This document shows positions 22,978 through 36,408 of a stretch of DNA of 64,000 nucleotides, in pieces. The notes under the pieces were generated by a model. The model ran no database searches, had not been told where the DNA came from, and worked only from the letters and a program-made list of their open reading frames with translations. Source of the DNA: Antedon mediterranea (lineage: Eukaryota; Animalia; Echinodermata). The stretch covers positions 22,399,365-22,463,364 of the forward strand of contig NC_092678.1 of assembly GCF_964355755.1 (NCBI RefSeq), in the 5' to 3' direction. Every line of letters starts with the position of its first letter. Position 1 is the first letter of the stretch. A program made the position numbers and the translations under genes.

Positions 22978-23121
22978 ATGACGTCAGGTGAGGAGACGCA
23001 GCTTTTGGTCCCCCCTCCTGCTGCTGCCAAAGATGAAGAGGACTCATCAGAGGCTCTTAATAAGCTCAAATTCCACACTAAGAAGATGAACTGGAACTTA
23101 AAAATACTGAAAGATCAATTG
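22978..23121 (+). CDS. Probable first coding exon of an unidentified gene (MTSGEETQLLVPPPAAAKDEEDSSEALNKLKFHTKKMNWNLKILKDQL)
   Basis: ATG-initiated 48-codon open frame with protein-like composition, ending at a consensus donor G|GTAAGT and preceded by a CpG-enriched region. No downstream exon recognised in the window, implying an intron of >40 kb if real. Confidence 0.6.
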
Positions 23122-25339
23122 GTAAGTAAAGTTTATTTTTCGTTTTTCTAGTTAAGTACTTCTCCTAATTCAAGAGTAAGACCGTTGGGTCGTACCCTCC
23201 TCACTAATTCTAAAAACATACTTGTTCTTCCTCTTCCTTCTGTATTAGTATTCAGGGTACTCGCCTCATTAAGATTTTATCATTGGAAACTTAACCGTGA
23301 TCTCGGTAAATCAATCTGCCTACAATTTAGTACAGTGCGAATGAGGTTAACCATATACGTGCCATTTTTAATGTTTCCCTTTGAGATATACGAAAAGAAA
23401 ATCCCTAACTTTATTATTGATTAGGCGTACGCGATGAAGAAATGGGGGAGAGGGGGGGGGGGTCTGTACGGTAACATTTCTTGAAGTTTACTTTACGTTC
23501 TCTGTATTTCATTTTGCTTACCAAAAAAAGTCTCAGAAAACCTGCATACATACATATTTTATGAACGTGATATTGTTATTATTTATTACAATAGGGCTTC
23601 TTATTTTTGATTTCCTTGTGGTAATCTGATATCAATGGAGCTATTTTTATAAACAACAGGATAATTTATTTGGCTCAATATCAGGTATAAAAGGAACTAT
23701 AGGCCTATAGATAAGGAAACAAGGATGCCCCCATGCCTGTATGTGTCATGTCAGTCAGAGTTCGGTAATTTTATGTTTGTAATGATCAGTAGACATAGCC
23801 ATTTACCTTTTATCAATCAAGTTATGTACAGTAATTGATATACCTACACACATTTCGTGTAGCTACACACATTTTGTGTGTAACAATACTAAAGCGACAG
23901 AAACGGCTGCAAACTTGATTAATTCAATTTACTCGTCGTAGTGTTAGGCTACTACAAGGATACGATAAACTCATTGACATGGAGTCAAAATAGTGGTAGC
24001 CATCGGAAGGACGTTTTCGGTAATTAATTTTGTAGCGTTTTAGGTTCAAATCTTCCATCACTCTGATGTAAAACTGAAATTCATGCAAACAATTACATAA
24101 TCTAATGTTGTGTGACGTCACAAGTGCTAATATTGTAATCGCGTTGACTAATATTGATACTTTCATATAATTATTTCTTTGCGGTTGCTTGAACCATGGA
24201 TGATGCACTACTGTACTAATTCTATGAATTCTAATGCCCAAAGCTATAAGCCTAAGCAAGAATTTTATATTAGATTCCTGAAGTCGTCAGTGACAACACA
24301 GACACCCATTGATATGGCGCGCCATGCTGTCATTTATTGGGAAATAAAGATAGCTTAGTTATCTATTGTTTGTTTGTTTGTTTGTTTGTTTTTATTTCTT
24401 GCTCATATAAAAATAACCGTGGTACAGAAAAATATATATATATACATCAAAAGTCGCAGACTTAACAAACAACAAAATTCAGAACAAAGACAACAACAAA
24501 AAACGAGTAGGAGCAAAGGATAACCCTCTAAAAACTCGGAGGTTGCTTGAATAAACTTGGCGCGCCATACATTGATGAAAGTTGTACGTTGTGTCTTTCG
24601 CAATGTCTGTTGATAAACCATCGGTGCATTACATAGCATTCACATTAATCAACGATCGTGTAATTACTTTAATTAGCAACGCGTTGTAATGATGTGTGAC
24701 GAAATGCAAGACTTTTCAATGTCATCATTAATTTGTTGAGGCTACCATGTACAGTCCGTGATGAAATATGCGTGCGTACTTGTGTTTTCTCGCGCAGTGG
24801 ACTTGATCGCGGTTTTCGTTCGTTACCCCCTGATCTTTGCCTGAGTGAGACATCAAATTGTGTTTATTTTGAACACTCCTTAATCGGTAAACCCCCACTT
24901 TTTTGCATTGCACGTGTTTTGTGTTGGCATGTGTTTGGGTTTAGTCAGAGACAGACATTCACTGGCATGGTATTCGTACCACGGTGGTTCATTCCTGTAG
25001 TTTTCATGCGACAAAGTGTTACAATCCTTTAATTGAAACAACTCAGTAGACACCAATGTCCGTCTATATCGGGTCGTCCGTAATACACCTGATTTACGCA
25101 TTATCCACAGTGGTTTCAAACTAATTGACTTATTAAGCCTCATAATCAACAACAATTTTAGCGGTTTAAATGTCGTTTGATTGCCTGGATTGTTCAATTT
25201 AAACCTACGAATTTCTCTAATAATACGGTACAGCTGTAAATGTGATTATTTAATATTATGCCAAATAGTTCTTCAAGTAAAGATGTCATTTTAGCGCCAA
25301 TATTTTGTAGTTTTTGAAAGTTTCAGTCTGCTGTAATTA

Positions 25340-25470
25340 GAATTAGTCTACACTGTCAAACTTTATGTGACAAAACTTTATGGTCAAATATGGTAGTGAT
25401 ATGACATCACCATGTCTATATGGGCACATCACATTTTTTTGTCACAAAGTTTAATAGTGTGGACAGGGCT
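25340..25470. mobile_element. MITE family A
   Basis: GTCTACACTGTCAAACTTT ... AAAGTTTAATAGTGTGGACAGGGCT; internal ATGGTAGTGATATG. Confidence 0.8.
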
Positions 25471-27301
25471 TTAAAGTATTGTGATGAAATAACCCTTTTG
25501 AAATAGTGGTCTAATATTATTGGGAGACGTGTACATCAATAAATTATTGCTGTAGGCCTGGCCTGTTTTCATTTCATCGGTTTTAATCTGTATTTTTACG
25601 TATGCTTTGTACGATAGCCTACAATTATTTCCATTGGTTCTAATCTATTTTTCTGCATAATGCTTTTTACGTTAGGCTACTATTAATACGCTATTTAATA
25701 ATCTTTTGATAAATATCTACCGGTCCCTAATCAACTTTACAATACTTGAAATAACTTATGCATCTTTCTTTGTTATTTCTGTTGGGGACAGCGTATCACT
25801 GTCGCCACAGTGAACTTACTATTGTGTTTATATCTTATGTACTTTTTTAAAGTACAAAAGAAATCCCCAATTTGGCCGTATTGTTCAAGAACAGTGCATT
25901 GGTACCTTGTTTTTCATTGCCGTAAAACCACACGAAATCTGTCATAATTCGTGCAGGAATTCGCAACACGTGTGTTGGGTTGGTCACATACCGTATACCC
26001 CAAACTAAATAAATTTTAGTTGAATTGGGTTGTAGACTTTAATTGCAATCTTTTTGGTAGAGAGGAATCCTAAGATGTATAGGGGCAAACCCGGTCACTG
26101 TGTCGTCATTATATTAAATGTATACCCATTACTGTATGTATATCAATGTACTATTTTAAATCATAGAGCTGCATATGCAGAAAAGATAGAAAAAAAATCA
26201 AAATAAAACAAATTAAGCTATAGGTTTTAGTTTCTGTACAGTAGCTTTGTTCATCTTTCCATTATAAAGTCACTTTTAAAATAATTCGGAGTTAATAAAT
26301 TATAATTGAGTTGAGGTTAATTTAAAAACAACAACGTTATATAGTATTGATGACGTCAAACCCATTATTTACTTTGTAAACAAACACACACCCACATGGC
26401 TTTTGGGTGACGTAACAAATCCTTACCGTTAATATCTATTATAGTCCATTAGACCATTTATGTATCTGAAACGGTATAGTATGATGCTGACCTGGGCTTA
26501 ATAGTAATTTGAGCAATCAAAATAATGTACTACATACACATGGTCAATTTTGAAGGGATTCGACGGAAGTGTGCCATATGCTAGAAATGACACAGATCAA
26601 GTAGCGCGTACTCATGGACACGTCATCGTAAATCTTCAAGATGGCGTCAAAATAATCTTGACCTCCTCTTGTTTAATCCATCTTGCTATATCATCATTTG
26701 TCAGGACGACGTGTTACCTCATTTGTATCAAGTATTTACCGATTCAAGTGCTATACTTTAGGGTAATCGTAATAATTTTCAATCGTATTGTTGGGGTTAG
26801 CCGACAGTTATGAAACGCTATACCAATATTCTACAATAGTTAACAACAATCAACTTAATTAACTTTGTGATTTGGACGTTTCATAATTATTTCATTTTTT
26901 CCCCTCGAGAATAATACGTGTCGTTTTGTGCGTTTCCGCATGTTTACATTTACGAAGCAAATGTTTTAAAGAAAGTGAAATCTCTTTATCCAAAATTGAA
27001 GCGTCACATTCCACGCACACGTCATTATGTTTGTTTGTTTGTTGGCAAATATAACCTAAACTCATTCAAAATGTTCCAACATTCTTTCAGATGACATTGA
27101 CATAAAAAATGTGGTACTGTATTACTAAAAAGAATTTTTGCAACATGATGAGTTAATGTTCTTGTTTGTTACGAAGTGCAAGTAGACTTTCGATAAATGA
27201 TCTCCTCAACTCGCATCAATCAGGCGAGAAAGCCTTGGTTCAGATGTGTTGAAGGTTGATGTATGTTCAGCCTAAAGAGATACATATTAATGGTGAATAT
27301 A

Positions 27302-27366
27302 TTTGTCAAACGCAATAAGTTCATTGTCAACGCAATAAGTGCATTGTCAACGCATAAGTGCATAAG
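27302..27366. repeat. Short ~20-bp tandem repeat, 3 copies
   Basis: TTGTCAACGCAATAAGTGCA-like units. Confidence 0.7.
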
Positions 27367-28786
27367 AAAATTAAATAAAATATATTTTGCTGTGCCGACG
27401 GCTTTAACAAACTTCATATTAATATGTATCAACATCAGCTAATTAAACAACACTCTACTGATGACGTCACGTTCTAAATACATCACGATAACCTAAAAAT
27501 TTTTTTAATTCTACATTTGAATTTTTCACCCTCAAATGCGTTTATTCTAGTAGGGCTACTACTAAATACTATTGTTAATATTTAACAATAGCTGTTGTTA
27601 TTGGTTTCGTATTTGTTTGTTGACGTCATCTGGTCAAATTGTTACCACGGTGTCGTCTCGGTATGTCAACCATTGGTCGAAAGTCTGCGATCGGTAAACA
27701 ACATTTTTCTGTAGTTTCGCTCAACAAAATTGTAAGTTTAGATGGTGTCGATTGAGTAAAAGGGACATAATTAAACAGACAAACTGACACGTCGAGGTAT
27801 GTTATTGTCCCAAGACATGCATGCAATCCTGCATTCCGTGATCGTCTGCTAACCAAATGACCAATGTTGACAGACTCTCGGGTCACACGCCAGGTCAACC
27901 CAGGGAAGAGTGAAATTGTTATTTCACCCATCCCCGGTCAACTTAAGTTTCTGGGAAAAGGGTCTCGCATTTTATTTTAGTGATGATGGAAACAATACTT
28001 AACTATTTAACAAATAATTTATTATATTAAAGGGCCAATAAAAGTATATTGCCATTCGCCATTATTGTATGTAGGCCTACAACACGGAGAACCCTCAATA
28101 TGAAGAGGACAACTTTGTTGGTGGTGTGTCCCGGTCCTGGGACTCGAATTGTGTTCGGCCGTATAATTGTTAAAACAATAAAGTGTTCCCCTATGAGTAC
28201 CCTGAAGAAGGGCTTCTACTCTATGCGTTTTCGTTAATTTTTTCTTTCAAATACTTTTTAGAGAAATGTTATGATAGCACATATTTTACAGTAGCCTTGA
28301 TGGTCATTATCTCCAGCTATCCCCGTTCAATTGTTATCTTATAAAAACGTGTACGCGGAAAACAGTATTGACGTGCCGGGCATCACCTTCAGATTTGACC
28401 CCAAACCAGATTGTATTTTGATATCGGTGGCATGTTTTTCTTGACACGACGTCACGCGTTGGGTGTCATGAAGATGATTAGCGGTCTCGTACTGCCGGAT
28501 CACCTTACGCGTACGTGTGCCTTTTTGCGCTTTGGGGTGTCGGCCTAAAAATAGCATGATTTTACTATATTTAGATTTGCACGTGATGTGAACATTCTGT
28601 GGTAACCTTGCAAGTTGGAAATTAGGAATGTCGTTTTTGGATGTTTTGTTTTGGTTTCGTGATGTTGTAAGGCCTACCGGTACATCCTGGTTTCTTACTA
28701 CTGAACACGTCATCAATTGCATTCGAACATAATATACGTAATATTTTTAAGTTCAACATTTCCAAACTACTTATTGTTATAGCTTA

Positions 28787-28897
28787 AGCTTGGTTCACAC
28801 TAGGACGTGACGACGGCGTAAACAATTTAACCAATCACAGCGATGGATTCTCCGAATTTTCGTCGTCCTTGCGTTGCCTCCTAATGTGAACCAAGCT
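28787..28897. mobile_element. MITE family B
   Basis: TIR AGCTTGGTTCACA / TGTGAACCAAGCT with TTA target duplication on both sides. Confidence 0.85.
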
Positions 28898-31800
28898 TTA
28901 GTACTGTAGTGTTAATATCTGGGTTTAAAGCATTGTTTGCAGTATGAGGTGGGGGAGGGGGGGAGTTTGGTGCGGGGCGGACAAGAGGGTAGTTCTTCTA
29001 TAATACAGTCATCTGTTAATTCCCCCCCCCCCCTATTCCACGTTATTTTTAAACGATATTTATTTATGAAACGCCAAAGGTCAATATAATATTTCCAAGA
29101 ATAAGCTCTAAATAGAACAATTTTCAACCTTTGTGCCAGATTAATTTTGAAATACAGTGTATGTACTGTTTAAATTAACTGTATTAAGTTCTGCATTTTT
29201 GCACCACGATGGCCAATCTCGGTTGACCAATGCATAATATAATATATAATCGTAACCGAGTTATATTTCATATACGTGTGTCAAATTTCGTTGCAAAGGA
29301 TAGGTAGCTGCTTAAATATGTGTAATAATGATTATAACTAGATTTGAACTCGTCACTACGGACGAGTTAGGTTATCCGCAGCGCAAAAGCCACGTGCACG
29401 TCATACGTTAGAATATTGCGCGCAGAAAAACGATTATGCCATTGAAAAAATGTTAGTGCGTTCTCTATTTTGCGTCACGTCAAAGTGTATACTGTATACG
29501 TACTACGTACAGTGCAGAATAGGTGAAAATAAGTGACCAAAGTTATTGACGCTTTTGGACATGATGACGTCATCACAATTTCTAAAATGGTGAATCATGC
29601 GAAAGATAATTGATTGACCTAGACAATATAAAGAAAGGGAGGGCAATGGAATACGGATAAGTGGAGATGCGCTCTATTAAATGTGATGAGCTATACGAAA
29701 GAGAAAAAAATCCTATATTTTATATTCGAGTGGCCATACAATGACGCCACAATGTCCTGTTAGCTATATCGATGCATGATTCGATATCTACAACTCATCA
29801 ACTTCCAGAATGTGTAATTTAAAAAAAGTTCACCACGTAGTTTATAATCTATGACTTTTAAAAAAAAAGCATAATTTTCACGAATTTTTTTACTTTTTCA
29901 TCAAAAACGCGCGCAAATTGTTCAATTCTACGTGCTCATATGACGTGATTTTAAGTCGAAATTGATTGAAAATTGGTAAATTTACTAGAAAGGGGTGGAA
30001 AAACAAAAATCAAGCAAAAAAAAGATGTTTTTGCGCTACGTGCGCACGCGCGCGTAAGAAAAGTGCGCACGCGTGGGAATTTTTGAAATGCTCAAAATGA
30101 CATGAAACGCGTTGAAAGTTGATTAGAAATTGATTTTTTGCATTTTGAAATTTTAAACGCGCGTGCGCGCGTGATTTTCTTTAAAACAAGCCATTTTCTC
30201 TCCATAGAAAGTTAGCGCATGATATGACTTAAATTTTCACCAAGTTTCAATACAAAATGACATATAGTTTTTATTCTATGATCAATCATTGAAATTCATA
30301 AAATCGCGCGTAACTTACGCTGCGCGACTCAAAATTCATAAAAAAAAGTTTCTTGCACATCTACAGCTACAGGGCAATCTTTTGACAAAGTTATACAATC
30401 ATATGTTGGCCAGAATTAGAGATACGCTGCCAACAAAAAATGGGAGAGAAGTGTGTAAAGAAAGAAATAAATACTAGATTTGAACTCGTCACTACGGACG
30501 AGTTAGGTTATCCGCAGAGCAAACGCCACGTGCACGTCATACGTTAGAATATTGCGCTCAGAAAAACGATTATGCCATTGAAATAATGTTAGTGCGCTCT
30601 CTATTTTGCGTCACGTCAAAGTATATACGGTATACACTATATTCTGTATACGTACTACATACAGTGCAGAATAGATGAAAATAAGGGAGCCAAGTTATTG
30701 ACGCTTTTGGACATGATGACGTCATCACAATTTAAAAAATGGTAGATTATGCGAAAGATAATTGATTGGCCTAGACAATATAACAAAATGGGGGGAAATG
30801 GAATACGGATAAGTGGAGATGCGCTCTATTAAATGTGATGAGCTATGCGAAAGAGACAAAAATCCAATATTTTATATTCGAGTGGCCATACGATGACGTC
30901 ACAATGTCCGGTTAGCCATATCGATGCATGATTTGATATTTATAACTCATCTACTACCAGAATATGTAATTATAAAAAAGTTCACCACGTAGTTTAGAAT
31001 TTATGACTGTTTAAAAAAAGGCATAATTTTGACTAATTTTTGAACTTTTTCATCAAAAATACGCGTAAATTGTTTAATTCTACGTGCTCGTATGACGTGA
31101 TTTTAAGTCGAAATTGTTTGAAAGTTGGTAAATTTTCTAAAAAAGACAGGAAAAACAAAAATCAAGCAAAAAAATGATGTTTTTGCGCTACGTGCGCACG
31201 TGCGCGTAAAAAAATTGCGCACGCGTGGGCATTTTTGAAATGCTCAAAATGACATGAAACGCGTAGAAAGTTGATTAGATATTGATTTTTCGCATTTTGA
31301 AATTTTAAACGCGCGTGCGCGCGTAACTTTTTGTAAAACATGCCATTTTTAATCCATAGAAAGTTTTCGCATTATATGACTTAAATGTTCACCAAGTTTC
31401 AATGCAAAATGAATTTTAGTTTTTAATCTATGTTCAATCATTGAAATTCATAAAATCGCGCGTAACTTACGCTGCGCGACTCGAAATTCATAAAAAAAAG
31501 TTTCTTGCACATCTACAGCTACAGGGCAATCTTATGACAAAGTTATACAGTCATTTGTTAGCCAGAATTAGAGATATGCTTGCAACAAAATTCATGGAAA
31601 GAAAGAAGAATATCGAAAAAAAAAAAAAAAAAAAAAAAAAAGATCCTTACAATAACAAGAGGTTATCCGCCAAGTGCGGATAACCAACTAGATTTGAACT
31701 CGTCACTACGGACGAGTTAGGTTATCCGCAGTGCAAAAGCCACGTGCACGTCATACGTTAGAATAGTGCGCGCAAAAAAATAAAACGATTATGGCATTGA

Positions 31801-34800
31801 AAAATGTTAGTGCGCTCTCTATGTTGCGTCGCGTCTAAGTATATACGGTATAACACTATATACTGTATACGTACTACATACAGTGCAGAATAGGTGAAAA
31901 TAAGTGACCAAAGTTATTGACGCATTTGAACATGATGACGTCATCACAATTTTTAAAATGGTGGATCATGCGAAAGGTAATTGATTGATCTAGACAATAT
32001 AAAAAAATTGAGTGAAATGGAATAAGGATAAGTAGAGATGCGCTCTATTAAATTGACGAGCTATGACGAAAGAGAAAAAAATCCTATATTTTATATTCGG
32101 GTGGCCATACGATGACGTCACAATGTCTGGTTAGCCATATCAATGCATGATTCGAGAAAAACAACTCATCTACTTCCAGAATCTGAAATTTTAAATATTT
32201 TCACCTCGGAGTTTAGAATCTATGACTGTTTTAAAAAAGGCATAATTTTGACGAATTTTTGAACTTTTTCTTCAAAAACGCGCGCAAATTGTTCAATTCT
32301 ACGTGCTCGTATGACGTGATTTTAAGTCGAAATTGATTGAAAATTGGTAAATGTACTAGAAAAGGCTGAAAAAACAAAAATCAAGCAAAAAAAAGATGTT
32401 TTTGCGCTACGTGCGCACGCGCGCGTAAAAAATATGCGCACGCGTGGGAATTTTTGAAATGCTCAAAATGACCTGAAACGCGTAGAAAGTTGATTAGAAA
32501 TGAATTTTTCGCAATTTGAAATTTTAAACGCGCGTGCGCGCGTAACTTTATGTCAAACATGCCATTTTTAATCCATAGAAAGTTTGCCCTTGATATGACT
32601 TAAATGTTCACTAAGTGTCATTACAAAATGACTTTTGCTTTTTAGTCTATGTTAAATACGCGAAATTCATAAAATCGCGCGTAGCTTACGCTGCGCGACT
32701 CTAAAGTAAAAAAACGAGCTGTCCTGCACTTCTACACATAGAGGTAAATCTTCTGACAAAGTTATACGATGTAATGTTGATCAGAATTTGAGATACACGT
32801 GACACAAAATTTTGGGAAAGAAAGAAGAATAACATAGACTAGATTTGAACTCGTCACTGCGGACGAGTTAGGTTATCCGCAGCGCAAAAGCCACGTGCAC
32901 GTCGTACGTTAGAATATTGCGCGCAGATAAACGATGATGCCATTGAAACAATTTCAGTTTTCTCTCTATTTTGCGTCATGTCTAAGTATATACGGTATAC
33001 ACTATATTATACTCTATACGTACTACATACAGTGCAGAATAGGTGAAAATAAGTGACCAAAGTTATTGACGCTTTTGGACATGATGACGTCATCACAATT
33101 TTTAAACTAATAAATCATGCGAAAGATAATTGATTGACTTAGACAATATAAAGAAATGGAGGGCAATGGAATACGGATAAGTGGAGATACGCTCTATTAA
33201 ATGTGATGAGCTATACGAAAGAGAAAAAAATCCTATATTTTATATTTGAGTGGCCATACGATGACGTCACAATGTCCAGTTAGCTATATTGATGCATGAT
33301 TCGATATCTACAACTCATCTACTTCCACAATATGTAATTTAAAAAAAGTTCACCACGTAGTTTAGAATCTATGACTTTTTAAAAAAAGGCATAATTTTCA
33401 CGAATTTTTGAGCTTTTTCATCAAAAACGCGCGCAAATTGTTCAATTCTACGTGCTCGTATGACGTGATTTTAAGTCAAAATCCATTGAAAATTGGTAAA
33501 TTTACTAGAAAAGGCTGAAAAAACAAAAGTCAAGCAAAAAAAATATGTTTTTGCGCTACGTGCGCACGCGCGCGTAAAAAAATGCGCGCTGGTGGGAATT
33601 TTTGAAATTCTCAAAATGACCTGAAACGCGTAGAAAGTTGATTAGAAATTGATTTTTCGCAATTTGAAATTTTAAACGCGCGTGCGCGCCTAACTTTTTG
33701 CACAACCTGCCATTTTTAATCTACAGAAACTTTGCGCTGTATATGACTTAAATTTTCACCAAGTTTCAATACAAAATGACTTTTGGTTATTAATCTATGA
33801 TCAATAATTGAAATTCATAAAATCGCGCGTAACTTACGCTGCGCGACTCGAAATTTGAAAAAAAAAGTTTCTTGCACATCTACAGATATAGGGCAATCTT
33901 TTGACAAAGTTATACAATCTTCTGTTTGCTAGAATTAGAGATACGCTGCCCACAAAAAATGGGAGAGAAGTGTGGAAAGAAAGAAATAAATACTAGATTT
34001 GAACTCGTCACTACGGACGAGTTAGGTTATCCGCAGCGCAAAAGCCACGCGCATGACACATAAGTTAGAATATTGCGCGCAGAAAAACGATTATGCCATT
34101 GAAAAAATGTGAGTGCGCTCTCTATTTTGTGTCACGTCAAGTGTATACGGTATACACTATATACCGTATACGTACTACATACAGTTCAGAATAGGTGAAA
34201 ATAAGTGACCAAAGTTATTGACGCTTTTGCACATGATGACGTCATAACAATTTTTAAAATGGTGAATCATGCGAAAGATAATTGATTGACATAGACAATA
34301 TAAAGAAATTGAGGGCAATGGAATACGGATAAGTGGAGATGCGCTCTATTAAATGTGATGAGCTATAGGAAAGAGAAAAAAATCCTATATTTTATATTCG
34401 AGTGGCCATACGATGACGTCACAATGTCCTGATAGCCATATTGATACATGATTCGATATCTACAACTCATCTACTACCAGAATATGTAATTATAAAAAAG
34501 TTTACCACGTAGTTTAGAATCTATGACTGTTTAAAAAAAGGCATAATTTTGACAAATTTTTGGACTTTTTCATCAAAATTGCGCGCAAATTGTTTAATTC
34601 TACGTGCTCGTATGACGAGATTTTAAGGCAAAATTGATTGAAAATTGGTAAATATATTATAAAAGACAGAAAAAACAAAAATCAAGCAAAAAAAAGATGT
34701 TTTTGCGCTACGTGCGCACGCGCGCGTAAAAAAATTGCGCAAGCCTGGGAATTTTTGAAATGCTCAAAATGATATGAAACGCGTAGAAAATTGATTAGAA

Positions 34801-36408
34801 GTTGATTTTTTGCATTTTGAAATTTTAAACGCGCGTGCGCGCGTAACTTTCTGTGAAACATGCAATTTTTAATCCATAGAAAGTTTGCGCTTGATATGAC
34901 TTAAATTTTCACAAAGTTTCAATACAAAATAACTTTCGGTTTTTAATCTATGATCAATCATTTAAATTCATAAAGTCGCGCGTAACTTACGCTGCGCAAC
35001 TCAAAATTCATAAAAAAAAGTTTCTTGCACATCTACAGCAAGAGGGCAATCTTTTGACAAAGTTATACAATCATATGTTGGCCAGAGTTAGAGATACGCT
35101 GCGAACAAAATTCGTGGAAAGAAAGAAGAACATAGAAAAAAAAAAAAAAGAAAAAAAAAAAGATCCTGACAATAACAAGAGGTTATCCGCCAAGTGCGGA
35201 TAACCAACTAGATTTGAACTCGTCACTACGTACGAGTTAGGTTATCCGCAGTGCAAAAGCCACGTGCACGTCACACGTTATAATATTGCGCGCAAAAAAA
35301 CGATTATGCCATTGAAAAAAATGTTAGTGTTCCCTCTATTTTGTGTCACGTCCAAATGTATACGGTATACACTATATACTGTATACGTACTACATACAGT
35401 GCAGAATAGGTGAAAAGAAGTGACCAAAGTTATTGACGCTTTTGAACATGATGACGTCTTAACAATTTAAAAAATGGTAAATCATGCGAAAGATAATTGA
35501 TTGACCTAGACAATATAAAGAAATGGAGGACAATGGAATACGGATAAGTGGAGATGCGCTCTATTAAATGTGATGAGCTATGCGAAAGAGACAAAAATCC
35601 TATATTTTATATTTGAGTGGCCATACGATGACGTCACAATGTCCAGTTAGCTATATTGATGCATGATTCGATATCTACAACTCATCAACTTCCAGAATTT
35701 GTAATTTTAAAAAAGTTCACCACGTAGTTTAGAATCTATGACTGTTTAAAAAAAGGCATAATTTTGACAAATTTTTGAACTTTTTCATTAAAAATGCGCG
35801 TAAATTGTTTAATTCTACGTGCTCGTATGACGTGATTTTAAGTCGAAATTGTTTAAAAGTTGGTAAAATTACTAGAGAAGGCTGAAAAAACAAAAATCAA
35901 GCCAAAAAAACATGTTTTTGCGCTACGTGCGCACGCGCGCGTAAAAATATTGCGCACCCGTGGGAATTTTTGAAATGCTCAAAATGACATGAAACTCGTA
36001 GAAAGTTGATTAGAAATAAATTTAGCGCATTTTGAAATTTTGAACGCGCGTGCGCGCGTAACTTTATGTAAAACATGCCATTTTTAATCCATAGAAAGTT
36101 TGCGCATGATATAACTTAAATTTTCACCAAGTTTCAATAGAAAATGACTTTTGGTTTTCAATCTATGATCAATCACTGAAATTCATAAAATCGCGCGTAA
36201 CTTACGCTGCGCAACTCCGAATTCGTCCAAAAGCTTGGCTGCACATCTACAGCTATAGGTCAATCTTATGACAAAGTTATACAATTTAATGTTGGCCAGA
36301 ATTAGAGATACGCTGCGAACAAAATTCGTGGAAAGAAAGAAGAACATAGAAAAAAAAAAAAAAGATCCTGACAATAACAAGAGGTTATCCGCCAAGTGCG
36401 GATAACCA

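Noticed and set aside
23185-29127. Assorted 60-127 aa ORFs in the putative intron
   Set aside because: Random-looking composition, many non-ATG starts, no splice support, no recognisable domains.
31600-31690. Poly-A tails suggesting SINE/LINE retrocopies
   Set aside because: The A-tract is internal, followed by a conserved ~45-bp hairpin terminus; no target duplications and no Pol III A/B boxes recognised.
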